Shown: positions 9,506-19,196, counted from the stretch's first letter. The stretch: 64,000 nt of DNA from Candidatus Latescibacterota bacterium (GCA_965217585.1 OZ244561.1:5504001-5568000), one strand, 5' to 3'. A program made the numbers and translations. The notes: generated by a model from the letters alone, not told the origin.

Positions 9506-9522
9506 TTGGTACGATAGTTGCA
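9506..9522 (+). promoter_or_regulatory. Sigma-54 -24/-12 promoter
   Basis: TTGGTACGATAGTTGCA; the leader is homologous to those at 7169 and 17749. Confidence 0.85.
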
Positions 9523-9572
9523 ATAGCCCTGACAGAAGCAACAACCCACACTCTTCCCTGAAGGAGGGCATC

Positions 9573-10469
9573 ATGCAACCCGTAGCCATTCGCACCCTGT
9601 ACCTCGCCCTGATCACCGCTTGGTTCGCCGTCTCCAGCACAGCTACTGCCGAGCCTAAAAGCCAGTACGGCGGCTTTTCCCCCGATGCCGACGGTCACCA
9701 AGCCTATCTCGACTACATCAACGGCTTGGAGATGATCCAAGTCGAAGCCGGAGCCGAGTTGCAGCAGGCCGTCGAGGCCATCCCCGTCGAGCCGGGTGTC
9801 CCCATCACCCCCGAGCAAGAAGCCGACCTGCGCACTTGGCTCTACGACTTTCTCGTCGCCTTTTCCGTCTCTGGCAGCGACAGCCTCGCCGCTACTTTCT
9901 ACTTGCGCGAAGGTGTCGATGACCCGGACCAGATACAGCGGATGAAAAAGGACTTGGAAAGCGGTCCCAGTCTCAAAGATAAAGCCGCACTAAAAGCACT
10001 AAAGGCGGTGGGGATAAGTATCCCCATCCCCGAGCCGGTCCCCGATGCGGGCGATACGCCCCTTGCCATTTTAAAAACCCAGCACAGGCAAATCCTCTAC
10101 ATGAAGGGACGCGATTACTTCTTCAGCAACATCTCCTTTTTCGACAGCAAGTACAGCGTGTTCGAATTACAAGGAGAGTATGAGAGCTATGTAGACTACA
10201 TCAAGACCCACGGCCTGCTTCCCATGGGCTATATGGGTTCGTTTCCCATGGGAAACGAGATTGAGGAAGCTCTACAGGCCGGCGAAAAGTGGGTGGCGGC
10301 CCAATTCATGTTCATCTTTGCAGAGCCTGAAGAGGCCGCCGACTTTGAAAAGGGGCCGATGCGCTGCCCGTTTTTCGTGCGACTCGTCTGGAGCCCAGAG
10401 AAGGCTACGTGGTGCCTTGCAGAAATCGTCATGCCGAATAACGCGCCGGTTCAGTTTTCATTCTTGTAG
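9573..10469 (+). CDS. Secreted hypothetical protein, paralogue 3
   Basis: RBS aaggagg; signal peptide (ATA-E); family motifs; first gene of the exporter operon. Confidence 0.85.
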   Translation: MQPVAIRTLYLALITAWFAVSSTATAEPKSQYGGFSPDADGHQAYLDYINGLEMIQVEAGAELQQAVEAIPVEPGVPITPEQEADLRTWLYDFLVAFSVSGSDSLAATFYLREGVDDPDQIQRMKKDLESGPSLKDKAALKALKAVGISIPIPEPVPDAGDTPLAILKTQHRQILYMKGRDYFFSNISFFDSKYSVFELQGEYESYVDYIKTHGLLPMGYMGSFPMGNEIEEALQAGEKWVAAQFMFIFAEPEEAADFEKGPMRCPFFVRLVWSPEKATWCLAEIVMPNNAPVQFSFL

Positions 10470-10544
10470 CCCACGCGAAAGTTCGGAGACCGCCTCCGAG
10501 ACAACGCTATCAGCCTGAAAAGACGAACAAACAGGAGCCGCGCC

Positions 10545-12116
10545 ATGATAGGCATTGTATTCAAAAAAGAGATGCTCAGCCATCTGCTCAGCCAGCGCTT
10601 CGCCGCTTGCACCGTACTCGCCGTCGTGCTGATCATCGCCAATGGCGTCCTCACCAGCCAGACCTATGTCCACAAAAAGGCCAGCTATCTCACACAGCGG
10701 GCCGTTGAGGAAACCAAACTGCACGAAATCACCTATTATTCGGTCCTAGGCTGGGACTGGTTGATGTCGCCTAACGCGGGTTTCAAGCCAAAGGCGGCTC
10801 CACGCGCTCTACGGGCCCCGCGCCCCCTAGCGGTGTTCGCTCAAGGTGCCGAACGACAGGCAGGACAGGCGGTCAAGGTGATGCTCTTCAACGTGCCCTA
10901 CCAAGCCGAGGAGGTCTCGCCCTTCCAGTCGAGCAACCCCTACCTCGCCATCTTTGCCTTCTTCGACATGGTGTACATCTTCCAACTCGTGCTCGGCTTG
11001 CTGGCCGTCCTCATCGCCAGCGAGGCCATCTCCGGTGAGAAGGAAGACGGCACCCTGCGGCTGATGCTAACGACCAACGTCAGCCGTGCCCAAGTCCTCG
11101 TCGGCAAGATCCTCGCTGGCCTGACGACGCTGGCTATTCCGGCGGCCTTGGGCTTTATCCTGCTGACGATCTTGCTATTGGGCACTGAGAACATCGAAGT
11201 CGGGGTCGGCGAGTGGGTGCGGGTGGGTCTGCTGTTCGCGCTATCGCTGCTGTATCTGCTGGTGTTTTACCTGATTGGGCTGGTGATCTCGTGTGCGACC
11301 CACCGCTCGGCAACCAGCTTGATTTACGCGCTGTTTGCGTGGGCGTTGCTGGCGATTGTGCTGCCCAACAGCATCTCAGCCTTGCTCAACGAGCAGGCCA
11401 ACATGGGTGAAAAACATGCCCAAGCCCACCACAAGGCCGCACAAGTGTGGAAGGAGTTCGATCAGGAGGTCACGGACCTCGCTCGGGCGCACGGCCAGAC
11501 CAAGTACTTTCCCACAGACATGGTCGAGCATGTCCATACGGAGGGACGCGGAACTGTAATCTATCGTGCCGGAACTGAAACCTACTCCAAAAGAGACGGG
11601 CAGATGCCCAAGATATATTTATCTAACGTCGCCGATTCACCCTCGCTTGCGAAATTCCAAGACATCGTCCGCAGCGGCGAGCGGTTGCGATTGCAGTACG
11701 CCCAGCGCGCCTGGAACGAAAAGGCCCCCCTCATTGAAGGCTTCCCCCGCCGCATCGAACGATGGAATGACCAACTCCAACGCCTCTTTCCCGCTGGTGC
11801 CTTCGCTCAAGCCGCTAGTGCCTTCGCCGGCACCAGCCGACGCGAATACTACGACTTTATCGACCAAGTGCGCGCCTATCGCGGGCAGATCATCACCTTT
11901 CTCGAAGACCGCGACGCATTTGGTTCCCGCGAGTGGTTCAACGACGACGAAGGCTGGCGCGCTGACCTGCGCGACCTGCCGAGGTTTCACGAGCACGCCT
12001 GGACGACCGTCGAGAGCTTGAGCTACGCTTTGCCGGCTCTAACGGCTCTGCTGCTCTATGCGGCCGTGCTCTTTGTCCTCGCTAATCGGCTCTTCGCGCG
12101 CTACGATGCCATGTGA
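10545..12116 (+). CDS. ABC-2 type transporter permease with large extracytoplasmic domains
   Basis: KKEM N-terminus, AISGEKEDGTLRLML...GK motif, about 6 TM segments. Confidence 0.9.
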   Translation: MIGIVFKKEMLSHLLSQRFAACTVLAVVLIIANGVLTSQTYVHKKASYLTQRAVEETKLHEITYYSVLGWDWLMSPNAGFKPKAAPRALRAPRPLAVFAQGAERQAGQAVKVMLFNVPYQAEEVSPFQSSNPYLAIFAFFDMVYIFQLVLGLLAVLIASEAISGEKEDGTLRLMLTTNVSRAQVLVGKILAGLTTLAIPAALGFILLTILLLGTENIEVGVGEWVRVGLLFALSLLYLLVFYLIGLVISCATHRSATSLIYALFAWALLAIVLPNSISALLNEQANMGEKHAQAHHKAAQVWKEFDQEVTDLARAHGQTKYFPTDMVEHVHTEGRGTVIYRAGTETYSKRDGQMPKIYLSNVADSPSLAKFQDIVRSGERLRLQYAQRAWNEKAPLIEGFPRRIERWNDQLQRLFPAGAFAQAASAFAGTSRREYYDFIDQVRAYRGQIITFLEDRDAFGSREWFNDDEGWRADLRDLPRFHEHAWTTVESLSYALPALTALLLYAAVLFVLANRLFARYDAM

Positions 12117-12147
12117 GTGACCCAAATTATAAAGAAGGAGTCATCTG

Positions 12148-13602
12148 ATGCTAGCAGCTATCGTAAAACGCGAACTGATTGACCACCTCATCAGCCTGCG
12201 TTTTGGCTTAGCCCTCGTGTTGACGGTGGGGTTAATGGTGCTCAACGCGCTCGGCTTTGTCGGAGGCTCGTACGAGTTCAGACGCGACCACTATCTCGAA
12301 CAGGTCCAAGCCGAGCAAGAGGTGCGGCGCAGCAACGCTCAACGGGGCCTGTGGAAGCTGATCCTCCACGGGGGACAGAACTATATCTATAAAAAACCAA
12401 GTGCCCTCATGTTCTGCGCCGCTGGTGCCAACGATGCCCTACCCGAACGCTTCAGGACAGCGGGAGGAGAAACCACCTACAATGGCACCAAATTCTACAG
12501 TCCCTTTGTACTCGTCTATTGGGACATCATAGACATCTGGGCACCGAAGGCCAGCCAACTGCTGGAGACCCAAGCCACCGACTGGGTCTTTATCATCGGC
12601 GTCCTGCTCAGCCTCATGGCCTTGTTGTTCACCTTTGACGCCTTCATCGGCGAAAAAGAGCGCGGCACCCTCAAACTGGTCATGGCCCAAAGCCTGCCGC
12701 GCCACACCCTCCTACTGGGCAAATTCCTCGGCGCAATGCTGGCCCTCGCGATCGTGTTGAGCATCGCCATCATCGTCAATTTACTCATCGTCCTCGCGTT
12801 GTCGAAGGTGAACTTGGGCCTCGTCGAGGCCGGGCGCTTGGTTGGCATAGTCGGCCTATCGCTACTCTACCTCGCCTGCTTTGTCGGCTTGGGGCTGTGG
12901 GTGTCGATACGGAGCAGCACCACGCGCTCTAGCCTGGTGGGAGTGCTATTGCTGTGGACCTGCGGGGCGTTGCTCTGGCCAGCCACTGGCGGCGCACTAG
13001 CCGCCCGTGTGTTCGTCAGCGAATTCGAGGAGGAGCTAACACTAGGGTTGGGCTTCGCAAACTTCTATAACACGCCAGCCGACCAAAAACTCATTCATCT
13101 TAAGAACCGTTTGCGGAATCGCGATCTGAGAAAACCCGAGAAAGTGCGCCAGTTGGCCGACGCCCAACGCGCCGTGCGCCAGCTCCACCAAGACCGAGAA
13201 GACCGCTTTTTGGCTCACAGCCTCGGCGAGGTCGAAAAAGCCCGCCACATCGTGCGCCTGTCGCCGACGGGCTGTTTTCAGTACGGCATGGAGGCCCTCG
13301 CCGGCACCGGACTAGCGCGCCATCGCAGCTTCGTCGAGCAAACGCGCACCTACGTCCAGCAATTCGAGCAGACCATGCTAAACCTCGACCGCGACGATCC
13401 CAAAAGCATGCACATCCACCTCGTCGCCCAGGGGCTGTCGAAGCAGAAAATCGATCCCGACACCTTACCCGTTTTCACCGAGAACCTGTCGGCGACAACC
13501 TTGCTGCGTCACGCCGTCGTCGATGTGATCGGCCTATTTTTCTTCGCCGTTCTCACGTACATGCTGGCCTACCGGTCGTGGCTGCGTGCCAGCATTATCT
13601 AA
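12148..13602 (+). CDS. ABC-2 type transporter permease (second)
   Basis: KRELID, DAFIGEKERGTLKL...LLGKFLG, LSPT motif, TM pattern. Confidence 0.9.
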   Translation: MLAAIVKRELIDHLISLRFGLALVLTVGLMVLNALGFVGGSYEFRRDHYLEQVQAEQEVRRSNAQRGLWKLILHGGQNYIYKKPSALMFCAAGANDALPERFRTAGGETTYNGTKFYSPFVLVYWDIIDIWAPKASQLLETQATDWVFIIGVLLSLMALLFTFDAFIGEKERGTLKLVMAQSLPRHTLLLGKFLGAMLALAIVLSIAIIVNLLIVLALSKVNLGLVEAGRLVGIVGLSLLYLACFVGLGLWVSIRSSTTRSSLVGVLLLWTCGALLWPATGGALAARVFVSEFEEELTLGLGFANFYNTPADQKLIHLKNRLRNRDLRKPEKVRQLADAQRAVRQLHQDREDRFLAHSLGEVEKARHIVRLSPTGCFQYGMEALAGTGLARHRSFVEQTRTYVQQFEQTMLNLDRDDPKSMHIHLVAQGLSKQKIDPDTLPVFTENLSATTLLRHAVVDVIGLFFFAVLTYMLAYRSWLRASII

Positions 13603-13614
13603 AGGAGTACAGCA

Positions 13615-15126
13615 ATGTCTTTGATCTTCTACATCTTCGGACTGCTGCTGTGCGCCCTCGCGGCCCAAGCCGAAAACTTGACCAAGGAACAGCAGCGCAT
13701 CCTGCTCGACCTCCAAGAGGCCCACTTAATTCTAGAGCAGGCCAAAGCGCGCGAGGCCGAAGTCGAAATCGAGCACGAGCAGATGATCGGCCTCAAGGAG
13801 CGCGGCGTGGTCACCGGCCAAGAGCTACGCATGGCCCGCGAGCGCTACGAGCGCGCCCGCCAAGAGCGGCAACGGGCCGACTTAAACCTACAGCGCGCCT
13901 TCCTCAACTCGCTGGCCGACGCCACCCATCTGACGGTCGTCAACGGCCAAAAGTACGGCGTCGAAGGCGACAAGGTGCGCGTGCGGCTCACCTTGCGCAA
14001 CGACTCGGATCTCCACTTGGCGCAAATGGTCGATCAGGCCCGCCGGCGCTACGAGATCAACGGCCTCGACCAAGACGCCGCGTCGCTGTTGCAGGTGAAC
14101 AACATCTTCGTCACCATCCTCGCCGACCACGTCATGGTCGGCCGGCCCTACCAAGTCCACATCCCCGTGCTAGCTCTCGGCGAGGAAGTCGAAGTCGAGG
14201 TCGGCTTGCAGCGTCCCGAGGTCGAGGACCTCACGGTGCAACTCCAATACCTCAACCGCACGGACGAGCACGTCATTCACCTAGAAAAGGCTTCGGCCCG
14301 CGACGTAGTGCGCGTGTACGCCACCCAGTTCTCTCAAGAAGGTCCTTTGGGCAACTCGGTGGCGTACGAGCTACAGCTAGAGCGGCTGGCCGAAGACGAA
14401 AAGATTTTCCAGCTCATGGCGCACGGACTGCCAGACGACTTCCGCTGGGAGTTCGAGAGCGGGGGCCGCAACCTGTCGCGGCTGCGCTTTTCCCGCGACC
14501 ACTCCAGCGACTCGCTCATACTCAACGTGTACGTCCCCGAACAGGCCGCGAGCTTTGCGGTGGATCAGCCGATCCTATTCTCGGTGCTGGCCTACGAGCC
14601 AAAGACCGTGGACACAGAGGTTTTGGCCGCGGCCGACCCAGAGCGCTTGCAAGCCATGGGCATTGGCTACGAACAACTGCAACTGGTGCCCACGGGCCGC
14701 GCCGAATTGGAACTGACCACCCTCAATCTCGACCTCTCCGTGAATGGCGAAGGCGAGTCGCAGTCCGTTTGGCATCTACGCAACCTCGGCACGGTTGAAT
14801 TGCTCGACATCCGCCTGCAAGCCCTCTCACCACCCGGCTGGGAGGTCGTCTTTGAGCCGCAGGAAATCGCCCTGCTCCCGCCGCGCGAGGAAATAGAAGC
14901 CGTGCTGACCGTGCGGCCCATCAACAGCGCCGAAATCGGACGCTACGAAGTCAAGACCAGCGCGAGCACCCAGCACAAGGGGCAGTGGGTCGAGTCGGTC
15001 GAGCGCACCGTCAACATAAACATCAAGAGCGATGGGTCGTTTTGGGGCATAACGGGGTTGGTGATCTTGCTGGTGAGCATCGTGCTGGGCATCGCCGTCT
15101 TCACCGTGCAATGGAGCAAGCGATGA
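13615..15126 (+). CDS. Exported protein: N-terminal coiled-coil hairpin, Ig-like/NEW3-like domains, C-terminal membrane anchor
   Basis: Signal peptide AQA-E; helical 25-100; LRNLGT...PPGWEVVFEPQEIALLPP...GRYEV NEW3-like repeat; C-terminal TM ending WSKR. Confidence 0.7.
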   Translation: MSLIFYIFGLLLCALAAQAENLTKEQQRILLDLQEAHLILEQAKAREAEVEIEHEQMIGLKERGVVTGQELRMARERYERARQERQRADLNLQRAFLNSLADATHLTVVNGQKYGVEGDKVRVRLTLRNDSDLHLAQMVDQARRRYEINGLDQDAASLLQVNNIFVTILADHVMVGRPYQVHIPVLALGEEVEVEVGLQRPEVEDLTVQLQYLNRTDEHVIHLEKASARDVVRVYATQFSQEGPLGNSVAYELQLERLAEDEKIFQLMAHGLPDDFRWEFESGGRNLSRLRFSRDHSSDSLILNVYVPEQAASFAVDQPILFSVLAYEPKTVDTEVLAAADPERLQAMGIGYEQLQLVPTGRAELELTTLNLDLSVNGEGESQSVWHLRNLGTVELLDIRLQALSPPGWEVVFEPQEIALLPPREEIEAVLTVRPINSAEIGRYEVKTSASTQHKGQWVESVERTVNINIKSDGSFWGITGLVILLVSIVLGIAVFTVQWSKR

Positions 15127-16514
15127 CGGCTTATCGATCAGCCTTGGCAGCCCTCTGCTGCTTGACGAGCATCGTCCACGCAGAGGAGTGGGATCTAACG
15201 ACTTGTCAGCGCGAAGCGGGCCACCACAGCCCAGTACTCGGAGCGGCCCGCGCCCGCTGGAACCAGATGGCGGCACGCACCCGCCTCGATTATGCCGAGC
15301 AACTCCCGACCATCGGCCTGAACGCGGATTACGAGCGCAGCGAATTCGCCGACGCGAACGCACCAGAGGCCGACCAACGCGAGCTTTTCTTGCAAGCCCA
15401 GCAAGAGATCGTGCGCTACGGAGCCACCACCCCATCGCGCTTTGCCGCCAAGCACCGGGAGCAGGCAGAAAAGGCGCGCTACCGCGAGGCCATCATCGCC
15501 GTGGATAGCAAGGTGCGCCAAGCGTATTACCGCCTGCTGCTAACGCGCGACGAGATCGCCAGCCGCGACGAGTTGCTCGCCTACTTCCGCGCTAAAATGG
15601 ATCGGGTGCAAACGCGCCTCGACGCTGGCTTGGCACGGCCCGTAGAGCTGCACGAGGCCGAGCTAGAGGTATTGGAGGAGCAGACGCGGATCAACAACCT
15701 CCAGCGCGAGTTGCGCGCCCTGCATCTGAAGCTCTTCACCGAGATCGGCCTCGTGGGCAAACGCTCGCTCCGCGACATCGAGGTCGTCGGCCCGCCCTAC
15801 GAGCAACTACAGCTACTCGACCCCAGCGAAGAGGACCTGTCCGTCCTCATCGAGGAAGCGCGCACCAACCGGCCCTACCTCGCCGAACTCGTCTGGCAAA
15901 TAGGCCAACAGCAGCACCAAGCGCGCAGTATTTTCTGGCAGTGGCTGCCCCACGTCGGCCTGCAACTGACCAAGGATTTCCAAGACACCGACCTCGGCTT
16001 GAACTGGAGCGGCAACGGCCAAACTTGGAAGCTGGTAGGATCCGGTCGTCGCTCGCTCGCCAGTGAGGGCTTGGACCCCGCACTGGACATGGGCGAGAAC
16101 TGGCGCGTGATGGCCAACGTGTCGCTGCCCCTGTTCCAAGGCGGTCGGCGGTTGGCGCAAGGGACCGAGGAGCGGGCGCGGCTCCACGAACTGCACCAAG
16201 ACCGCGACCAGACCCGCAACTTGATTGAACTCGAAGTGGTCGAGGCGTTTTACGCTTTGAAAAGTCGGCGGGAAAACACGCAGATTCTGCGCCGACGCGC
16301 CGATGTAGCCCGCCAGCGTTTGGACACAGTCGAAGAGCTGTTTGAAAACGCCATGGGCTACCTCAACTTCGACGACATCCGCCGCCAGCGGGTCGCCGTC
16401 AACTTCGCCGAGCAGAGCTATTTTGCCGAGCGCTTGGCTTACATCCTCGCGGCTGAAGAGCTGCGGCGGGTACTGGGCCGCGCCCTCAACAGCGAGTTTT
16501 ACAAAACCCCTTGA
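15123..16514 (+). CDS. TolC-family outer membrane efflux protein
   Basis: Start overlaps upstream stop (ATGA); signal peptide; LPTIGLNA, VRQAYYRL, VSLPLFQGG, EVVEAFY OEP motifs. Confidence 0.88.
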   Translation: MTAYRSALAALCCLTSIVHAEEWDLTTCQREAGHHSPVLGAARARWNQMAARTRLDYAEQLPTIGLNADYERSEFADANAPEADQRELFLQAQQEIVRYGATTPSRFAAKHREQAEKARYREAIIAVDSKVRQAYYRLLLTRDEIASRDELLAYFRAKMDRVQTRLDAGLARPVELHEAELEVLEEQTRINNLQRELRALHLKLFTEIGLVGKRSLRDIEVVGPPYEQLQLLDPSEEDLSVLIEEARTNRPYLAELVWQIGQQQHQARSIFWQWLPHVGLQLTKDFQDTDLGLNWSGNGQTWKLVGSGRRSLASEGLDPALDMGENWRVMANVSLPLFQGGRRLAQGTEERARLHELHQDRDQTRNLIELEVVEAFYALKSRRENTQILRRRADVARQRLDTVEELFENAMGYLNFDDIRRQRVAVNFAEQSYFAERLAYILAAEELRRVLGRALNSEFYKTP

Positions 16515-16528
16515 GAAAGGATCGCATC

Positions 16529-17251
16529 ATGTTGGAGATCATCGGACTTTCCAAGCACTACGGTGACGTCAAAGCAGTCACCGACCTCAACCTGACCATC
16601 GAAGGCGGCGAGATCTTCACCATGCTCGGGGCCAACGGTGCCGGCAAGACGACCACCTTGATGGTCGCATTGGGCTTTACCGATCCCACCCAAGGGACGG
16701 TCAAGCTGTGCGGCATCGACATCACCGAGCAGCCCTTAGAGGCCAAAAAGCACGTGGCCTATGTCTCGGAAAACGTCATGCTCTACGGCAACTTTAGCGC
16801 GCGGCAGAACTTGGACTTCTTTACCCGCTTGAGCGGCCAGCCACCCCAAGACTCCGAGCACTACGACGAGATCATGGCACGCGTCGGCCTGCAACAGGAG
16901 GCATTCGACCGGCGGGTCAAGGAGTTTTCCAAGGGGATGCGCCAGAAGCTGGGGATTGCCATTGCCATTGCCAAGGACGCCCGCATCGTGTTGCTCGACG
17001 AGCCTACGTCGGGCCTCGATCCCAAGTCCGGGGCCGAGTTTTTGGAGCTGTTGGATGAGCTACGCAACGAGGGCAAGGCCATCTGGATGACCACCCACGA
17101 CGTATTCCGCGCCCGCGTGATCGCCGACCGGCTCGGCATCATGGTCGAGGGCCACCTCGTCAAGACGCTCACCCGCGACGAATTCCAGGAAGCCGACTTG
17201 GAACGCCTCTACGTCGAATACGTAGAACGGCCCGTCCTGCCAGCAGCCTAG
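16529..17251 (+). CDS. ABC transporter ATP-binding protein
   Basis: GANGAGKT, FSKGMRQK, LLDEPTSGLD, H-loop. Confidence 0.96.
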   Translation: MLEIIGLSKHYGDVKAVTDLNLTIEGGEIFTMLGANGAGKTTTLMVALGFTDPTQGTVKLCGIDITEQPLEAKKHVAYVSENVMLYGNFSARQNLDFFTRLSGQPPQDSEHYDEIMARVGLQQEAFDRRVKEFSKGMRQKLGIAIAIAKDARIVLLDEPTSGLDPKSGAEFLELLDELRNEGKAIWMTTHDVFRARVIADRLGIMVEGHLVKTLTRDEFQEADLERLYVEYVERPVLPAA

Positions 17252-17269
17252 GATGGGAGAGGGCGCGTG

Positions 17270-17403
17270 AAGGGATACCAAGGCCAATTTGGGCTGTGGT
17301 CCGATACCGGCACGCCCAAGGCCGACTTCCACCGCGCCACCCAGTTCGGCATCCTCACCTTCCCGGACGCCATCGTCGGCCGCTGAAGCACTGCGGCGAC
17401 TGG
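17270..17403 (+). repeat. Displaced copy of the 3' end of the CBM9-like gene (3083-3216)
   Basis: Translates KGYQGQFGLWSDTGTPKADFHRATQFGILTFPDAIVGR* versus the gene's KGYQGQFGLWSDTGTPQADFHRATRFGILTFSDAVVGR*. Confidence 0.92.
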
Positions 17404-17536
17404 ACGCTTCTAAAAGGGTAGCCCACTTCCTCGTCAAAATCCCGCTACCCTTCAACCCGCACCAGCCGCCGACTCCCAAACGTGCTGCAGATATTCCATC
17501 TGCGATTCCGCCCATTCCGCATCAACTAACCCCTAC

Positions 17537-17573
17537 TGTCCGCTAGCGAACACCTGCTGTCCGCTGGCGCACA
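17537..17573 (+). promoter_or_regulatory. Tandem TGT-N10-ACA enhancer sites (copy of 6988-7024)
   Basis: tgtccgctagcgaaca and tgtccgctggcgcaca, 21 bp apart. Confidence 0.7.
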
Positions 17574-17748
17574 GTGATTCGATAATCAAAACGGCAGATA
17601 CCGCCAGATCTAGAGTATTAAGGGATGACAGAAGGGATTTGAGAGGTGGACGAAAAATTATCTTATTTTTTATAAAGCATTGTTTAACAGAAATTTAGAT
17701 GTATAAATTCAAAGAAATCGACGCGATTGGCGACCGCTGGCCCCTTCA

Positions 17749-17765
17749 TTGGCACGATAGTTGCG
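17749..17765 (+). promoter_or_regulatory. Sigma-54 -24/-12 promoter
   Basis: TTGGCACGATAGTTGCG, identical to 7169-7185. Confidence 0.9.
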
Positions 17766-17815
17766 ATAGTCCTCACTGAAGCAGCAACCCACACTCTTCC
17801 ATCAAGGAGGGCATC

Positions 17816-18640
17816 ATGCAACCCTTAGCCATTCGCATCCTATATGTCGCCCTGATCGCCGTTTATGGCGGCGTCTCCAGCGCAGCGGCAGTCGAGACCA
17901 AGTACCCGAACGGCGGCTTTGCGCCCCGTCTCGACAAGCTCCAGGACTTGCTTGCCCATATCCGCACCGTGGAGAAGATCAAGGTCAAAGCCGGGCCCAA
18001 GTTGTGGCAGGCCATTGCGACCATCCCCGTCGCGACGGGCCCCATCGCGACGGGCGTCCCCATCACCCCCGAGCAAGAAGCCGACCTGCGCGACTGGCTC
18101 TACGACTTTCTCGTCGCCTTTTCGGTCTCTGGCAATGACAGCCTCGCCGCCCAGTTTTACCTGCGCGAGGGCGTCAACAACCCCACGGCCTTAAAACACA
18201 TGAAAGAGACCCTAGAGAACTGGGGGATTCCCAAAGGCGACACGCCCTTTGCTCTCTTCCAAGCCATGCACCGAACCGTACTCGACGACCAAGGCTATGC
18301 ATACCGCTTTGGCAACGCCTTCTTTCGCCACAGCACGTTCAAGGTGTTCGAAATGCAAGGCCGCTACGAGAGCTATCGGTCGTACCCAAGGGACGTTGTC
18401 AAGGCCAGGTTCAAATTGCAGCAAGAGGTTGAAGCGGCACTGCGAGCCGGCGAGAAGCGGGTCTTCACCGACATCGCGTTTGTCACCGAAGAGCCGGCGG
18501 AGTCCGCCGGATCGGAAGGCCCGATCTGCACGCCCTTCTTTTGTCGGCTGGTCTGGGACCCAGAGCGGGCGATGTGGCGCTTTGTAGAGGTTTTCTACAC
18601 CTCCAAATTGCCGCATCCTTTCCTGTTTTCGGCCATATAA
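17816..18640 (+). CDS. Secreted hypothetical protein, paralogue 4 (close allele of paralogue 1)
   Basis: Roughly 90% identical to 7235..8047 by visual alignment; intact ORF, RBS and promoter. Confidence 0.87.
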   Translation: MQPLAIRILYVALIAVYGGVSSAAAVETKYPNGGFAPRLDKLQDLLAHIRTVEKIKVKAGPKLWQAIATIPVATGPIATGVPITPEQEADLRDWLYDFLVAFSVSGNDSLAAQFYLREGVNNPTALKHMKETLENWGIPKGDTPFALFQAMHRTVLDDQGYAYRFGNAFFRHSTFKVFEMQGRYESYRSYPRDVVKARFKLQQEVEAALRAGEKRVFTDIAFVTEEPAESAGSEGPICTPFFCRLVWDPERAMWRFVEVFYTSKLPHPFLFSAI

Positions 18641-18652
18641 TCGTATTTTGAT

Positions 18653-18680
18653 GTAGGGGCGACCGGCCGGTCGCCCCTAC
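18653..18680. repeat. GTAG-type REP palindrome (second copy)
   Basis: gtaggggcgaccggccggtcgcccctac, identical to 8064-8091. Confidence 0.85.
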
Positions 18681-19004
18681 TCCGAAGGAATCGTGGAAAT
18701 GAAAAACGAGATAGAAAAGATAAGAAAGCAAATTACACCCGCAGCGGCCCAGCAGCTAGAGGCAATGGGGATAAGGGCAAGGGGCCCCGAGATTGAGGAA
18801 GGACTAAAGTTGGGCTTTGAGGGAGTGGCGGCCGAGTTCATGTTCATCGCCGAAGAGCCTGAAGAGTTCGCCGGCTTTGAGGGGCCAAGACGCCACCCAT
18901 TTTTCGTGCGACTCGTCTGGAACCCAAGGCAGGACATGTGGCGTCTTGTAGAAGCCTTCGCGCCTAATGACGCGCCGGTTCTGTTTCTATTTAATTCCAC
19001 GTGA
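18681..19004 (+). pseudogene. Truncated, internally deleted allele of paralogue 2 (paralogue 5)
   Basis: Begins mid-gene (matches about 8498-8590), then jumps to match 8845-9058 (IEEGLKLG...FAPNDAPVLFLF); no signal peptide. Confidence 0.85.
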
Positions 19005-19072
19005 TCCCACCTTGCTTGTAGAAAACGCGGCAGAAGCGGGCAGTTCATAGACGGGCTGCCCGCTTCTGCGTA

Positions 19073-19196
19073 CCGACCGTTTCGACATCATAGTCCAAGA
19101 CTACCTCTCAAGATGCTCACCCGCGACGAATTCCACGAAGCCGACTTGGAACGCATTTACGTCGAAAACTGGAATGCGCTCAGCCTAGGGTAGGAG
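19073..19196 (+). pseudogene. Remnant of the 3' end of the ABC ATPase gene (17123-17260)
   Basis: caagatgctcacccgcgacgaattccacgaagccgacttggaacgc...cagcctagg aligns with the 16529..17251 terminus, with indels. Confidence 0.85.

Noticed and set aside
3083-17403. Diversity-generating retroelement TR/VR pair (CBM9 3' end and its copy, or paralogue 1 vs 4)
   Set aside because: No reverse transcriptase in the window; mismatches include non-adenine positions (e.g. tct/ccg) and extend past the stop codon
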